From Octopus vulgaris (taxonomy: Eukaryota), in NCBI GenBank assembly GCA_951406725.2, contig OX597814.1:110360001-110424000 (forward strand): a DNA stretch of 64,000 nt. Direction: 5' to 3'. Within the stretch, counting starts at the first letter, position 1. Every line of letters starts with the position of its first letter. Position numbers and translations under genes: made by a program. The notes below the pieces were generated by a model, which saw only the letters and a program-made list of their open reading frames with translations, had not been told where the DNA came from and ran no database searches. Shown piece by piece: positions 12,310-25,912 of the stretch.

Positions 12310-12529
12310 TGAGGGGGTGTTAAAAAGTTGCTGGCTTGGGGTAAAAGAAAATATAGGAGGATCAGTTAATTATGATTTTATTCAACATATTCTTCCCATC
12401 TCAGATTCACACACTTATCATAGTGGTCCTTTGGTTTTTCTAAGCCCTGTAAAAGAGCTTGGAAGGTTGGGTCTCCAACCAGGCCTTTCAGGATACCTTT
12501 AAAACTAGGAACTTTTCAGCATCCCTTCG
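12310..12529. mobile_element. mariner-type MITE
   Basis: TA|TGAGGGGGTGTTAAAAAGTTGCTGG ... CTAGGAACTTTTCAGCATCCCTTCG|TA; inserted in a family B copy. Confidence 0.8.
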
Positions 12530-14877
12530 TATAAAAAAAGAGTAGGAATAATTATGACTGAAACACCTTTAGTCATTAGGTCTGCTATATATATTGTAAA
12601 GGTATTCCAGCCATGATCATCCTATCATTTTGCATATCAAGGACAACATTGTACAATATATTCTTTATTTAAGACTAGGTTGTTGAGGGACATTTGGCTG
12701 TTATTTCTAGGAGATCAAGAAAACAGGTGAGGATTGATGACAGGAAGAGTATGAACCTTCTAACAAATTCCTATTTTTGCAACAGTGTTGTTGAAATAAG
12801 AATTTCAGCTCTGAACTTACTGAGTGCTTTTACCATAACCACTATTCATACTACTTGTGTTAAAGATGAGTAAAGTGTAAAATTCTCTAAGTTTGTAAGC
12901 CACTGGTAGGGGAGTTTCTGGCATTTAGTGATTTGTGATTTAAGAACAAGGCCAGCAGTTTTGAAGGCAAGGGGTTTAGTTGATTACATTGATTCTTGAC
13001 CACTTTACTAGACCGATACTTTATTTTGTTGACCCCACAATGATGAAGGAAAGATTTGAACTCAGATTGCAAAGCCAGAACAACTATCCAAGGCATTTTT
13101 CATGATACATTCATTGAATACATTCAATATTACCATTATTATCGTTGTTCCTTATTTTACTGCCTCCAATGAATCCAGAGCAACAAGTTTAATGATCTAT
13201 GTGGTTATTTATATATTTTTTCTAGATGTTAAATAAAGAATACAGGCCAGATGTAACTAAAGTGTATTTAGCATTATTAAAGCAAATTAACATTGCTTAG
13301 ACTGGATGGGTTAGTAAGGGAGAGAACTCTAATATTTTCTCCGTTAAAATTTCGTTCAACTTTTCCTTAGATTTTTTAAGTTACTGGGCAACTAAAGTAT
13401 AGTAATTAGTCTTAATTAAAAGAAGAAAGAAAAACAAATCTATCACAGAATTGACTGTTATAATTAATCTCCAGATTCCTGAATCCAACACAGTCCATTA
13501 TTGCTTCTCAGGTGTTCAGTCAAGATCTAAGTACTTCTATTGATATTAAAACTATTATCATTTTCATGTTTTAATTTGACATCTCTTTATATTCCAAGTT
13601 CAAACCCCACCATAATCAATTGTCTATTCCCACCAAAATGTTTGATGTTGTGTTAGAAATCAAGATGATACTTTAGTTCTTGTCTCCTCTAGTCAATTGA
13701 TAACTAGTATGATTTCACTTGGTATCCAGTGAAGACTGGGTGAGGGTGGAGGTATTTTCACTTGCAATGAAAATTGTCTAGTTTTGTTTTTATATTTGGG
13801 CTTTCATACATCAACAGGAAAATGAACTACAATAATAACAAATTGCAAACGATCAGATACAATCACTCTTCCCCAGTGATTTCACACTAAGCCTCAAATG
13901 CTGCAGTAAATGGAGTAATTGAACTTAATTCAACAACAAACACAAGAAAGAGAACTATAACAGCATGTTTAATTGCAAGCCAAAGTATCCTCTCTCTCTC
14001 TCTCTCTCTCTGTAAGAGAGAGAAATTTTCTGGGGAAAAATTTAACAACTGCATTTTAATTGCAAGCCAAAATATCAAAAGAAAAAGAATATCTCTGAAG
14101 AAAACAAAAATATCTTTGCTGGCCACAAACCAATGAAATTAGCTGCTGGCTAACGAAAATGGAGAGACTGTGCTCAAAAACCACTGAAATCAATATCTTC
14201 TTTTTATATTTCTAAAAGGTGGGCAGTAGTAATGATAGCAAAATCAGTAAAAGAGCTGTTTTTAGTCAAGGTTTTGTCCTGAGTTCAAAATTCACTAGGG
14301 TCTATTTTGCCTCTTTTTTTTTTTTGTGTAGTAAAATAAAATCCATTTAAGTACTAAAATCTGTTTATTATTTCCCTTGTTAAAAATTAATACTAACTTG
14401 CTTTTAATGCTAGAAATCAATATTATTTCTTATTTTCTTTTAATATTAAAAAAAAAAAAATTTAATATAATGGATACTACTGGAAACTAGAGTTATCATC
14501 ACCATTTTAATATTCATTTTTCCATGTTTGCATGGACCAGATGGAATTTGTTGAGGTAGAATTTTCAACAGCCATGTAAGGTAATATTTCCCATGGCCAG
14601 GCATTTTCCACAGAAGACTGAAAACAAAGAATATCCCTTGTAAGATGCTGATGCTTGTTTACATCATATAATGTCAAAACAAAAGTACACTCAAATACAC
14701 ACAGTCAGGCTTCTTTCAGTGTCTGTTAACCAAGTCCATTCACAAGGCTTTGGTTGGCTCAGAGCTATAGTAGAATTCACTTGCCCAAGATGCCACACAG
14801 TGGGACTAAACCTGAAAGCACACAGTTGGCAAGGAAACTTCTTAATCATGCAGCCACACCTGTACCTTATGTTTTAG

Positions 14878-15055
14878 TGCTGGTGATACGTAAAAGGCAC
14901 CCACTACATTCTTGGAGTTAGGAAGGACATTCAGCTGTAGAAACCAAGCCAAAATCATACTGGAACCTGGTACAGCTCTCTGGCATAGCAATTCCAGTCA
15001 AACCATCCAACCCATGCCAGCATGGAAAACGGATACTACATGATGATGATGATGA
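14878..15055 (+). mobile_element. Family A (RTE 3' end) copy
   Basis: AAAAGGCACCCACTAC...CAACCCATGCCAGCATGG...(GAT)n. Confidence 0.8.
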
Positions 15056-15432
15056 TTTTTGTTATGTTGCTATTAATAACAAAGGTAAAACAAACCTCAA
15101 ATTATTGAGTGCTGTAGCTATTTGAAAATATCAGTTCAAATCTGTACTTCACATATTTATTTTGCTTGATGCAAAGTTGTAAGGCCAAATGGTTATGGTG
15201 TTCAGCTCACAATAATAAAATCACTGGTTCATTTCCTGGACTTTCAGTTTAAGGTGCAAGAGGTGAGATGATAAATGTAGCAGTATATGTGAATGGGATG
15301 ACTTTTTAGTTTCTCATACTTATCTAATCAATTTAAACATCTGTGTAAAGCTGGTAATTCACAACAGGTTAAGGAAGGTATACAATAACCCTGATGAAAA
15401 AGAAACTAATACTAAAGCAGCAAAAAACACCT

Positions 15433-15705
15433 CACTGGCACCTGTGCCGGTAGCATGTGTAAAAAAGATTCGAGCGAGGTCGTTGCCAGTACCGCCTGAC
15501 TGGCCCCCGTGCTGGTGGCACATAAAAGGCACCCACTACACTCTCGGAGTGGTTGGCGTTAGGAAGGGCATCCAGCTGTAGAAACTCTGCCAGATCAAGG
15601 TTGGAGCCTGGTGCAGCCATCTGGTTCGCCAGCCCTCAGTCAAAATCGTCCAACCCATGCTAGCATGGAAAGCGGACGTTAAACGATAATGATGATGATA
15701 ATGAT
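15433..15705 (+). mobile_element. Family A (RTE 3' end) copy, two hairpin units
   Basis: CpG-retaining young copy with (GAT)n tail. Confidence 0.9.
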
Positions 15706-15931
15706 TACTGTTTCAACAGCAAATGCACAGTGTTCACTGCTGCAAACCATAATTGTAGGCAAAAAAACAATAATCGTAAAGCATTAGCAATATGAAGACA
15801 CTATTATTACTTGCCTCACTTCATTAGTGTCACACCGCATGGTTATGCAAGATGTGGGAGATTTTTCTGCTGCATTCTGCACTAGCACTAGAAAGAAGAA
15901 AAGAGAGTTAAAGAACAGTTACATGTTTTTG

Positions 15932-16186
15932 GTGTTGGCATGTAAAAAACACCATTTGAGTGTGGCCGTCGCCAGTACCACCTGACTGGCCCTCGTGCCG
16001 GTGGCACGTAAAGGCACCCACTACACTCTCAGGGTGGTTGGCGTTAGGAAGGGCATCCAGCTGTAGAAACTCTGACAGATCAAGATTGGAGCCTGGTGCA
16101 GCCATCTGGTTTGCCAGTCCTCAGTCAAATCGTCCAACCCATGCTAGCATGGAAAGCAGACGTTAAACTATGATGATGATGATAAT
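15932..16186 (+). mobile_element. Family A (RTE 3' end) copy
   Basis: Near-identical to 15490-15700. Confidence 0.9.
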
Positions 16187-17289
16187 GTAGTTTCCATGAA
16201 TTGTAAGATTTTCTTTATGCTAGGTGGATCCTTGAAAATAAATTACACCTCCAACTGTTACAGCCTTTTATATATTTCATTGAAATATATAAATACTATA
16301 AGATTTCTGGATAATCTCCACACAAGTATAAACACGATTCCATACAACCTGTTCAGGATAGACTATAGTTCAAAGGAATATAACTACAAAGCAGAGGTGT
16401 GGCAGCTGTCAACAAAATTACTAATCACAGCTAAGCAGGGATCTAGATTTGACATACTAACTATAGCAACCACCAAATGAATCTTCTGCTTGCAGAGCCA
16501 GAGATGAAAGAGTGAAAGTAGGAGCTCTCGATATGGTCCCTTAGCCTGCTATAAATAACAAACAAAAAGCAAACAGGACCATATTTTCTGAAAATAGATG
16601 GGATGATCATGGTTTGAAAGCTTTTACCGTAAGTCTACTTAATAACCACCTGAGCACTAAACAGCAATATTCATTCAGTGATCAATTAAATATCAGTCTT
16701 TATCATCTTCAACTGGAAGGACTGAGTGAACCCAATGGAATCAAAGGCACAGTGGACCTCTGTGGGATTTGAACTCAGAACAACATGAAAGGATGTAACT
16801 AAATACAACAAGGCATTTTAAGTAAATTTTTACTATTACACCCATATCACTTTGAAGGTGAAATTTTACTCAAAGAATGAGTGATTTCCAACAGTTTTGA
16901 TGTTCAGATCCCTTCAAACTACAACTAGAAGAATAAGATAAAACAATAAATTTCTCCTTTTTTATGTTTTAAATGACTCCAACCGTAAAAACCATGGGAA
17001 ATCACTTTTTCTTTAAGTAAAATTTCAGCTTCAAAGTGAAGCAGCAGGTGTAATAGTAAAAGTTCACATTTTCTAAGCAATATTAAACAAACTATTTTAG
17101 TTTGTAATGACTTCAGGTAAATGCCAATTCTAGCAGAAAAGTAGTAAACTCTAAGATTGCAAGGAATTCTTCAATGAAATAAATTAAATTAATCTGTTTT
17201 AAATAATAATAAATTAATCTCTTTAAATATTGACAAAATTAGAATTTAAAAAATAATTTATAAGCCCAAAAATTCACTCTATAATTGCC

Positions 17290-17577
17290 TATGAGCATAT
17301 AGCATAGTGGATAAGAGCACAGGCTACTGACTCTCAAATTCTGAGTTCAATCCCAGGCAGGGACTTAAATAATATCAACAAAAAATAACATCAGAAAAAA
17401 AACCCCAATACTTTAGAAATGAGAACAGAGTACCTTATTAGTCAAATAAAGGGTTGGGTTTGAAACTCTGGTGGAGTACATCAGCTGAAACATTGTGGTA
17501 ACAACTAACAAGATGAGGACATCTATCCATCCATTCTAAAGAATGTACGTAATTCCTCCTCTCAAAAATATAGAATA
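17290..17577 (+). mobile_element. Degraded tRNA-head + hammerhead-like retroelement (second copy)
   Basis: Colinear with 44197-44450: GCATAGTGGATAAGAGCAC, GAGTTCAATCCC, CAGCTGAAACATTGTG, CAAGATGAGGAC, AAATATAGAA. Confidence 0.75.
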
Positions 17578-18869
17578 GATTTCTGAGTAATTCAGTTTAT
17601 TACTTGATCTCCTGTGATTGAAGTAAAACTAAGCATTTACTAGAGTCATTAATAGTACTGTTAACTGACCAAATCCATTCACATTATTATTTTGGATTAG
17701 AAACTTAGTCAAAATATTGTAAAAAAGGAAATGCATAATTTACTCATGTCTGTTTATGGGTTGATGCATTTGCGTATGTATTTATTTATGAGTGGATATA
17801 TTATTCTGTGTGTGTGTGTGTGTTCATGAGTAGATGCTTTTGTGTGTTTGTGAATAATAAATGAATGCATCCATGTGCTCGTTTGTAGATAAATGCACAC
17901 CTGTGTGTTTGTAGAGGGATGCATTTGTATGTCTATGTGAGCATTTGGATGGTTGTAGTTTCATGTGTATGTATGTGAATGAATACTTACATGCATGTGA
18001 GTGTATGTCAGTCTCAGAGATTTTCTTTTTTCTTTTTTCAAATGAAAAAAAAAAAGAAATATAAATTTTTTATTCAAATCTTTCTTTTAAAATATTTAGC
18101 CAGATTTTATATTTTATTTGGAAGTTGTTATTTTTCACTAATACTTCAAGAAGAAATATTGATCTTTTATTTAAATTGTCATGCTTAGGTAGACTTTACT
18201 GAATTATGTTCTCTCTCTAATATAATATCCCGCTTCAGTTTACATGCATATCCTTCTTTAGCTATGGAACAAAATTGAAGACATGGTGCTTTATAGATAC
18301 ATTTATATTATTTTTAAACATTAAGTTAAACACTTTGCAAGCATGAATCCAAGATGGAAAAGCCACAAAACTCTTTAACTGTTCACTTTATCATCTGCTA
18401 CTAATATTTTTTTTTCTTTCATAAAACAATTGGCTGATTACTAAGTATTTGAAATTAATTATGATATATATTCCCAAATAGAGAATTGATGCATAAATAT
18501 GAAAAAATAGATTCACAGATAAAGAGACCATTAAACTTCAACATGTTTATTACATTGCAGTTATTCCATGAGACCAACTTTCAAATATATATATAAAATC
18601 AGCTAAAATGATCTTTAGTAGCAACATATTTGGAATAAAAGCAGAAATCTCACATATAAATTTCACATGTGTTCAACAGCTGTTTCGTTAAGAAAAACAT
18701 CATTAAATGTATAATTACATAATTGCGATATAAAGTTGATTTGATTAAAATTTTTTAACAATGTATCTGTAATTATGCACATAATGATGTTTATTTTAAT
18801 GAAACAGCTGTTGAACTCTATGTGAAATTTATGCTCTCCTGTTTCTATTTTAAGTATTATATATATATG

Positions 18870-19439
18870 TTTAGCAGAAGCAACAGAGTGACTCAAGGGT
18901 TGAGAGTTCCGTGCATTGGCACTTACCAAATTAGTTAACCAAACTAGTAACTAATTTGGTAAGTGCCAATGCACGAAACTCAACCCTTGAGTCACTCTGT
19001 TGCTTCAGATTGAAGACCCATGAGCTTATATAATTGATGAGAATTACATTTTCCTCTGGATTGTTCTAGATCTAATTTTGAAACCAAAACACTGTCACAT
19101 TGATAAGTCATATTTTTCAAATAGTTTGCCCATTATGTCATTCAATAAGTAAATACATAAATAAAAAAAGAAACCTTGTGTGAGTGTGAAGAGATGCACA
19201 AGGTTTCTGTACTTATTTATGTAATAATAACTTATTGAACAACATAATGGACAAACTATTTGAAAAATATGACTTATCCATGTGACATTGTTAAGGTTTT
19301 AAAATTTAATCCTGAACCATCCAGAGGATAATGTAATTCTCACCAGCTATATAAGCCCATAACCTTTCAAACTGTAACTAGCTTGATAAGTGCCAATGCA
19401 TGAAACACTGGGTCCTTGAGCCACTCTGTTTCTTCTAAA
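18870..19439. mobile_element. Palindromic foldback/MITE element with an extra inverted duplication
   Basis: Arms 18877-18937/18948-19006 (near perfect) and 19006-19180/19197-19374; 19375-19439 is also inverted to 18870-18937. Confidence 0.8.
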
Positions 19440-20000
19440 TATTAATAAAAATATATATTTGGAGTTCTATTTTCACTGTTTACATTCCCCTACCTATATA
19501 TATTACTGGGTTTTTTTCTTCTTTATTATAGAATTTACAGCTCAGTTGGACAGTTATGGTAGTTTATTCGCTATGATTGTGGATCTAAGTCCAACCATAT
19601 GCATTTCTCTCATATAAAAATAAGGCTATAGTAAAATTTGTTAAAGCTTTACCAGTGTGGTTATACCATAGCAGAATAATAGTATAGCTAATTTCTTTGA
19701 TTTCATTCCATACTTAAGATGGTTTACTTGTTGATGTGAAGATAAAAGAATAACATAACAACTATCAAACTAGAAGAGAAGTGTATAACAAAAGATATAG
19801 TTTTTTTTCCTATAGTACAACCTATGTGGATTTACACCATATCAGTAATCAAACACTTATGAGAAAATACAATTTCAAAACAAATGTATTTCATGGTTCT
19901 CTATAAACTTCTAACAACCTTAGTTTTCAAAATAATTATGAAATTTTTATGAGCATTACAAGTTCCACATGAATATCTTTATGTTTATGTGTGTGATCTT

Positions 20001-20182
20001 CATCATCATTTAACATCCATTTTCCATGCTGGCATGGGTTGGTCTGTTTGACTGAAAACTGGTAAGCTAGGGAGCTGCAGCAGGTTTCAATCTAATTCAG
20101 CATAGTTTCTACAGCTGGATGCCCTTCATAATGGCAATCACTCCAAAATTGTTGCAGGTGCTTTTTACATGCCACTGGCATG
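20001..20182 (-). mobile_element. Family A (RTE 3' end) copy
   Basis: (CAT)n TTTAACATCC...CAGCTGGATGCCCTTC...GTGCTTTTTACATGCCACTGGCAT. Confidence 0.8.
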
Positions 20183-20637
20183 TGTGTGTGTGTGTGTGAT
20201 CGACTTTTATTAGCTCACTCTCTCCATCAAATCAACATTGTCTGAATGGGTGAACAGTGTACCATATATCAGGTGTCAAAGTGATCACAGAGCAATGCGG
20301 GATAAAGTGTTTTGCTCAAGAACACAATGCACAGGAATGGCTGTGTAGTTAAGAAGCTTGCTTCACAACCACATGATTTTGAGTTTGGTGTCACTTTTAG
20401 CAAGTGTCCTCTATTGTATAGCCTTGAACCAACAAAAGACTTGGTAGATGGAAAAAATAAACCTACCCTATATATATATATATAATTTAAATAATTTGGG
20501 AAAATGAATTTCCAGATCAATTAGGTACAACCCTTCTGCATTACATGCATCTGCATAGCGTAACTTGGGGTTTTATTTATCATATATTTATATATTTATC
20601 TAGAAATATACAAAGTATCTAAAAAAAAAAGTCAATA

Positions 20638-21201
20638 ATAATTCAGTTTTGGGGATTAATAGATATCCAGGTATCCTATTTCAGATAATACAAAAAAAAA
20701 AACCTAATGAGTATATCTAAAAGTAAACTCATGGTATCCATTTGCACATCACAAAATAATACTTAAAGGACATAACCATTATACCAGCAGGGTATATACT
20801 ATACTTCCTTAATTATCTCCTACTTTAGTTAACACTAAATTAATATAATAATATTTTGAAAAAGAACCTGAAGATGTGTTGGAATAATTGTAAATCTGAT
20901 GATTGCATATATGTATTTATATATGTATACTATTGTGTGTATGTATATATATTGTAATCTTCAATACTGAAACATGTGTAGTTCCTTCATATTTAATTAA
21001 TTTAGTGTCAACTAAAGTAGGAGATAATTAAGGAAGTATAGTATATACCCTGCTGGTATAATGGTTATGTCCTTTAAGTATTAGTTCGTGATGTGCAAAT
21101 GGATACCATGAGTTTACTTTCAGATATACTGATTAGGTTTTTTTTTTGTATTATTTGAAATAGAATACCCACATATCTATTAATCCCCAAAACTGAATTA
21201 T
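20638..21201. repeat. Long inverted repeat (~207-bp arms, ~150-bp spacer), probably a MITE
   Basis: 20638-20844 is the reverse complement of 20996-21201 with few mismatches. Confidence 0.9.
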
Positions 21202-21211
21202 ATATATAGTC

Positions 21212-21247
<36 letters not shown>

Positions 21248-21850
21248 GTAAGTTATGTGTATTCGATAGCATTTACACTTCTCCATAAAATTGCTCAGCT
21301 AAAGGCAGTGATGTTGCTGTCATTTCCCCATCAATAAATTATTCATTGGCTTTACACCTTGAAAGACATGTTAAGTATGAGATTGCTTACTTGAAAAAAC
21401 AGATAAGGGTTAGCAACAGGAAGGGCACCTGGCTGTAAAACAACACCTCAATGATATATTTGACTAACTCATGCTATCATGGAAAAACAGGCATAAAATG
21501 AATGAAAAATACATAATGTGAAGAGATGTTTGTAATGTTGTTTATATTACAAATATACAAATTAACAGTAAATGTATATGATTATTCTTGGTTGTTAGTT
21601 TCAATAAGATATACTTTCTGTTATATCTTAATACCTTATGTCATATAAAATTTAGGTTTAAGACTGTTTTCTTAAAGTCTGTGATTTTTAATTTTATATT
21701 ATGATTTTTTTAATGGTTTATAATCAAGAAATATCCAAAGAATTCCTTTGTTTTTACATTTTGTGATTTTGCATTTTTTTTTTTTTTCCCAAATTTTCTT
21801 TGAAACAAGAAGATCTTTACCATCTATTCTTTGTTTCTTTTTCTTCAGGA

Positions 21851-22745
21851 ATGAGCTGCACAGGTGAGGTTGGCATCTCACCAGTCTTGCTGCAGGTTAT
21901 TTCACATACCCTTACATCTTCTGAGGTGAATTCTGAAAATTGTCTAAACAATAATTCTCATGAAAAACACCGCGACACCAGTGGATTCAGATTACAGGAA
22001 TGCAAATCAAAGGATATTAAGCCTAATATCTTGCAGGTCAATGCAAACCAAAATTCTGAGAAGAAAATACTCCCTATTCTACATGGGCTACACCAACCCA
22101 CAGAATCTCTCATCAGTCAAGTTCAAATGGATTCTAATGGCATCGCAGAAAATGTCACGGAGACCACTCCAGATCTAAAGGCAATGCTTAAACTAAAACT
22201 TGATCAGGGAGCAAATGTGAAACCCAATTCAAATTCAGTGCTATTCTCACAGAGTGACCCAAATGTTGTAAATGTATTTACAGCAATAAACAACAATGAG
22301 AATAAAAGCAAGAATCTGGTTTTTGAATTAAATCAAACCATTAAGATTGATGGAGTGAAGTGTGGTGAACATGAAGAGGTTATAGTGTGTTTCAATCGAG
22401 ACAGTTCTTCAGTGCCATCACCTGATAATGATGTTATAGTCTCAGACTCTGACAGTGGCATTGTAGATGCCTCCAAGAAAAGACATTTACCTCCTACAAG
22501 CGATCAGGAATCACAGTCTTCTCCATTGAAGTATACTCGTCTTGAAGAAGATGAAAGTGGCAGAGGAGATGAGGAAAACAGTAACAGTACCTCACAGTCT
22601 GCCTCTAACATTCACGCAGTCTATATTCATCCAGAAGAAATTGTATCTTTAAAAATTCCAGTTTCTTCAGTGACCAATAACAATTCTCCATCTAAAGATG
22701 CCATAGACAAAGAAAATTGTCCAATCTGTAGTGACAAAGTATCTG
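21851..22745 (+). CDS. Hr39: HR39/NR5B coding exon 1: long A/B region and start of zinc finger 1 (CPICSDKVS-G)
   Basis: Polypyrimidine acceptor TTCTTCAG ends at 21848, ATG at 21851, open to donor G|GTAAGT at 22745/22746; start codon assumes no upstream coding exon. Confidence 0.88.
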
Positions 22746-23277
22746 GTAAGTTTCACTTCTTTTTTCCTATAATCACACAACTAAGATGATACATTTTTGT
22801 ATTAATTCTTCTTTTTTTTTTCCACAACTGAATATATTTTATATTTTACATTTGTTTTTAAGTGGTTTGGTTCTGGGAAAAACAGTTGAGTTCAGTCATC
22901 ACAGACCCTCCAAAACCAGTGAGATTGATGCCATAAATGTTCCTGTTGCTACCTCTCAGCTATGAAATAAAGTAGAGCATGTTTATTTTCCTTGTCAGTC
23001 AAGTAAACTAGATCTCCTTAGTCTTGTAAAGAAAATGTGTAACCTTTCTAGTGCTGGTTCCAGAATAAAATGCACTCAATACACTCTTGAAAATGACTGG
23101 CAATGGAATGGAGACAACATATAGTAACCACTTTATTCTTGTAAGGGGAAAATGCAACTTTTCTAGTGCTGGTGCCACTCTAAAATGCACTCAGTAAAAT
23201 ATGAATATGTTCAGATGTATGTGCGTGTGTGTGTGCTTCAAGGTTTGATTATATATGTTTCTGTGTCATCATCATCA

Positions 23278-23592
23278 GACTGATTTGGTATGGTTTTCTA
23301 TGGCTGGATGCCCTTCCTAATGCCAACCACTCTGAGAGTGTAATAAGTGCTTTTACATGCCACAGGCACGGGTGCCATTTGCTTGACACTGGAGTGCTTT
23401 TACGTGCCGCCAGCACAGGTACCAATTTGCATCACACTGGTATTTGTCGTGATTGCTATTTTGCTCAGCTTGATGGGTCTTCTTCTCAAGCATGACATAA
23501 TGCTAAAGGTCTTGGACATTGCCTCTGTGAGGCTCAACACTCAAAAGGAACTCAGCCACTTTGCCTCCATGAGGCCCAACACTCGAAAGGAA
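23278..23592 (-). mobile_element. RTE 3'-end copy (family A with upstream LINE sequence)
   Basis: GGCTGGATGCCCTTCCTAATGCCAACCACTC, two GTGCTTTTAC hairpin units, then sequence similar to 34440-34570. Confidence 0.75.
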
Positions 23593-25407
23593 TTAATATT
23601 TGTGTATGTAATTTCTTTTCTCTATCTTGTCTGTCATTTAAAACAAGAAATATTTTTGATTTTCATCTTTCAATTTTAATTCTTGATAAAGTGGTTTGTC
23701 CATCTCATTAAAATTGATTACATATTTTTATGTATTAATTATGTAATTATATGGATGACAATGTTTGTATTTCAACCATGTAAACAATTGTAATCTTCAC
23801 TTTTATTATTGGAGATATATTCTTGAATAAAAACCAAAGATTCCACAGATATTTCAGAATTTCATTCTAAGCACAGGCATAGTTGTGTGGAAAAGGAAAG
23901 TTGGCTTATCATCCACATGGTTTATAGTTCAGTCCCACTATAGCTCCACCAGGCCAATGAAAGCCTTGTGTGGATTTGGTAGCTGTAAACTCAAAGAAGC
24001 TCATCATATGTGTGTGTTCACATTTTCCTTGCTTTCACTGGTTTGTAAACAATGGCCTCCTGACAGCAATTTTTGCCTACAGTCTACCAAAAATCAATAC
24101 TTGATAGACTGAAAGATTGCCTTACTTGGAAATAAGTAGGAATGATGACAGAAAGAGCATCTGACCATAAAAGAATTCTGCCCCAGTGTACTCTCATCTG
24201 CCTCATGCAAGCATGGAAAAGTAGGCACTAAAATGTTGATAATATATACACACATGTGCACACGCATTATAATCATGATGATTATATATATCATCATTCA
24301 TCAGTGTTTAATGTCTATTTTCCATGCAGGTGTGGGTTGGACAGTTTAACTGGAATGAAGAGTCAGAGCTCCAGTATCTACTTTAACATGTGCCCTTCCT
24401 AATGTCAACCACTTTACAGGGTGTACTGAGTGCTTTTTCTTTTTCATGGCACCAGCACTAAGTAAGGTCACCAAGTAACTCACAGGACAAGACCCTCCTC
24501 ATCTGAATGTGTGTGTAGTATTAAGAGAAGTGAAAGTATGATATAGTGACAGAACAGATGTCTTATATATAATCACGATGACGGTGATTATTTTCTCAAG
24601 ATTTATTCAGAATTATAAAACTTTTAATCTGTGCTAAAGAACAACTAAGATTTATTTACTAATACTTTTTGATTTGGAATTTTGCCACAATATCTGCGAT
24701 AAATAGAAAATATTCAGTCTTGAAAATGAAAACTATAGATTTCATTAAACGATAGACATTAGTTTGAAATTTAGATTGTTTTGTAATTTAATCACTTGAT
24801 AACAAAATATTTTTTCAGTCTTACATAACTGTGTTTTGGTTTAAATGATATTAAAACTAATGTTTACTCATTTTTATTTTATTTTTAAAATATTAGGCAA
24901 CAAAAAATCGTATATTTTATAAGGAGAAGTTGTATTAGTGAGAGCGCGCAAGCATGTGTGTGTGTGTGTCTGTGTCTGTGTGCTATATCAAGCTACCAGT
25001 GTAAATTGTTGAACACAAGAGGGACAGAAACAGTCTGATTTTCAAAACTGACAGACCAAAGCAAAATCCTAATAAACTGATTCTGAAGCATAACATGGAC
25101 TTAAAAGATAAGGAATGTTTAAAGCGGTTTTGATGATATAAGTTTAATGAAACAATCTCTATGGAATACATTTAATTAGAACTGTCTCGAGAGATGTGAA
25201 AATTAGGAATTCCATACCTACTTAGTTTTCTACTTTTCAGTATTGGTCTCAATTAATTTTGTGGCTTTTATACACCTCCAGTATAAGTCTTAAGCAAACA
25301 CTGTTCGTGGAACCAAAAAAAAAGAAAAAAAGGCCGGGTGGTCATAGCTGAAACCCCTTTGATGATAGAAAGGCCGGACAATAACTATATCTAGATATTA
25401 ACCTCAA

Positions 25408-25568
25408 TCATCATCATCATCATCATTTAACTTCCACTTTCCATGTTGGCATGGGTTGGACTGTTTGACTGAGAATTGATAAGCCGGGAGGCTGCACCAG
25501 GCTCCAATCTGATTTGGCAAGGTTTCTACAGCTGGATGCCCTTCTTAACGCCAAACACTCCAAGAGTG
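25408..25568 (-). mobile_element. Family A (RTE 3' end) copy
   Basis: (CAT)n tail and CAGCTGGATGCCCTT core. Confidence 0.85.
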
Positions 25569-25912
25569 AAATGAATGAAATTAAGGAATTTGTTTGTTCA
25601 TTTAATACCCATCTTTCCATGTTAGCATGGCTTGGGAAGAATTGATTTTTGAGGTAGAATCTTATGGTTGGATGCTCTTCTTGTTACCAACCATTGCCTG
25701 AGCAAAGGAATTTTCATATTCCATAAGTCTTCAAAAGCACTGAGCAACTGTTCATAATGCTGATACAGAATGTCAACATCAACCATTTCACTCAAACTGA
25801 CAAATAGCAACATTCACGTACATTGCACATACACTCACACACATATAGGCAAAGGCATGGCTATGTGGTTAAGAAGTTTTGTTTGCAACCATGTGGTTTG
25901 GCGTTCAGTGCC

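Noticed and set aside
13963-14076. Short direct repeats (also 9599/9825 and 23041/23156)
   Set aside because: Small local duplications next to microsatellites or within old repeats; no further structure.
15432-16166. Recurrent ORFs containing FLQLDALPNANHS
   Set aside because: Antisense translations of the family A repeat, seen at many copies.
21849-21869. Internal donor CAG|GTGAGG that would make a 15-nt exon in frame with coding exon 2
   Set aside because: Would delete two zinc-binding cysteines; no evidence of use from sequence alone.
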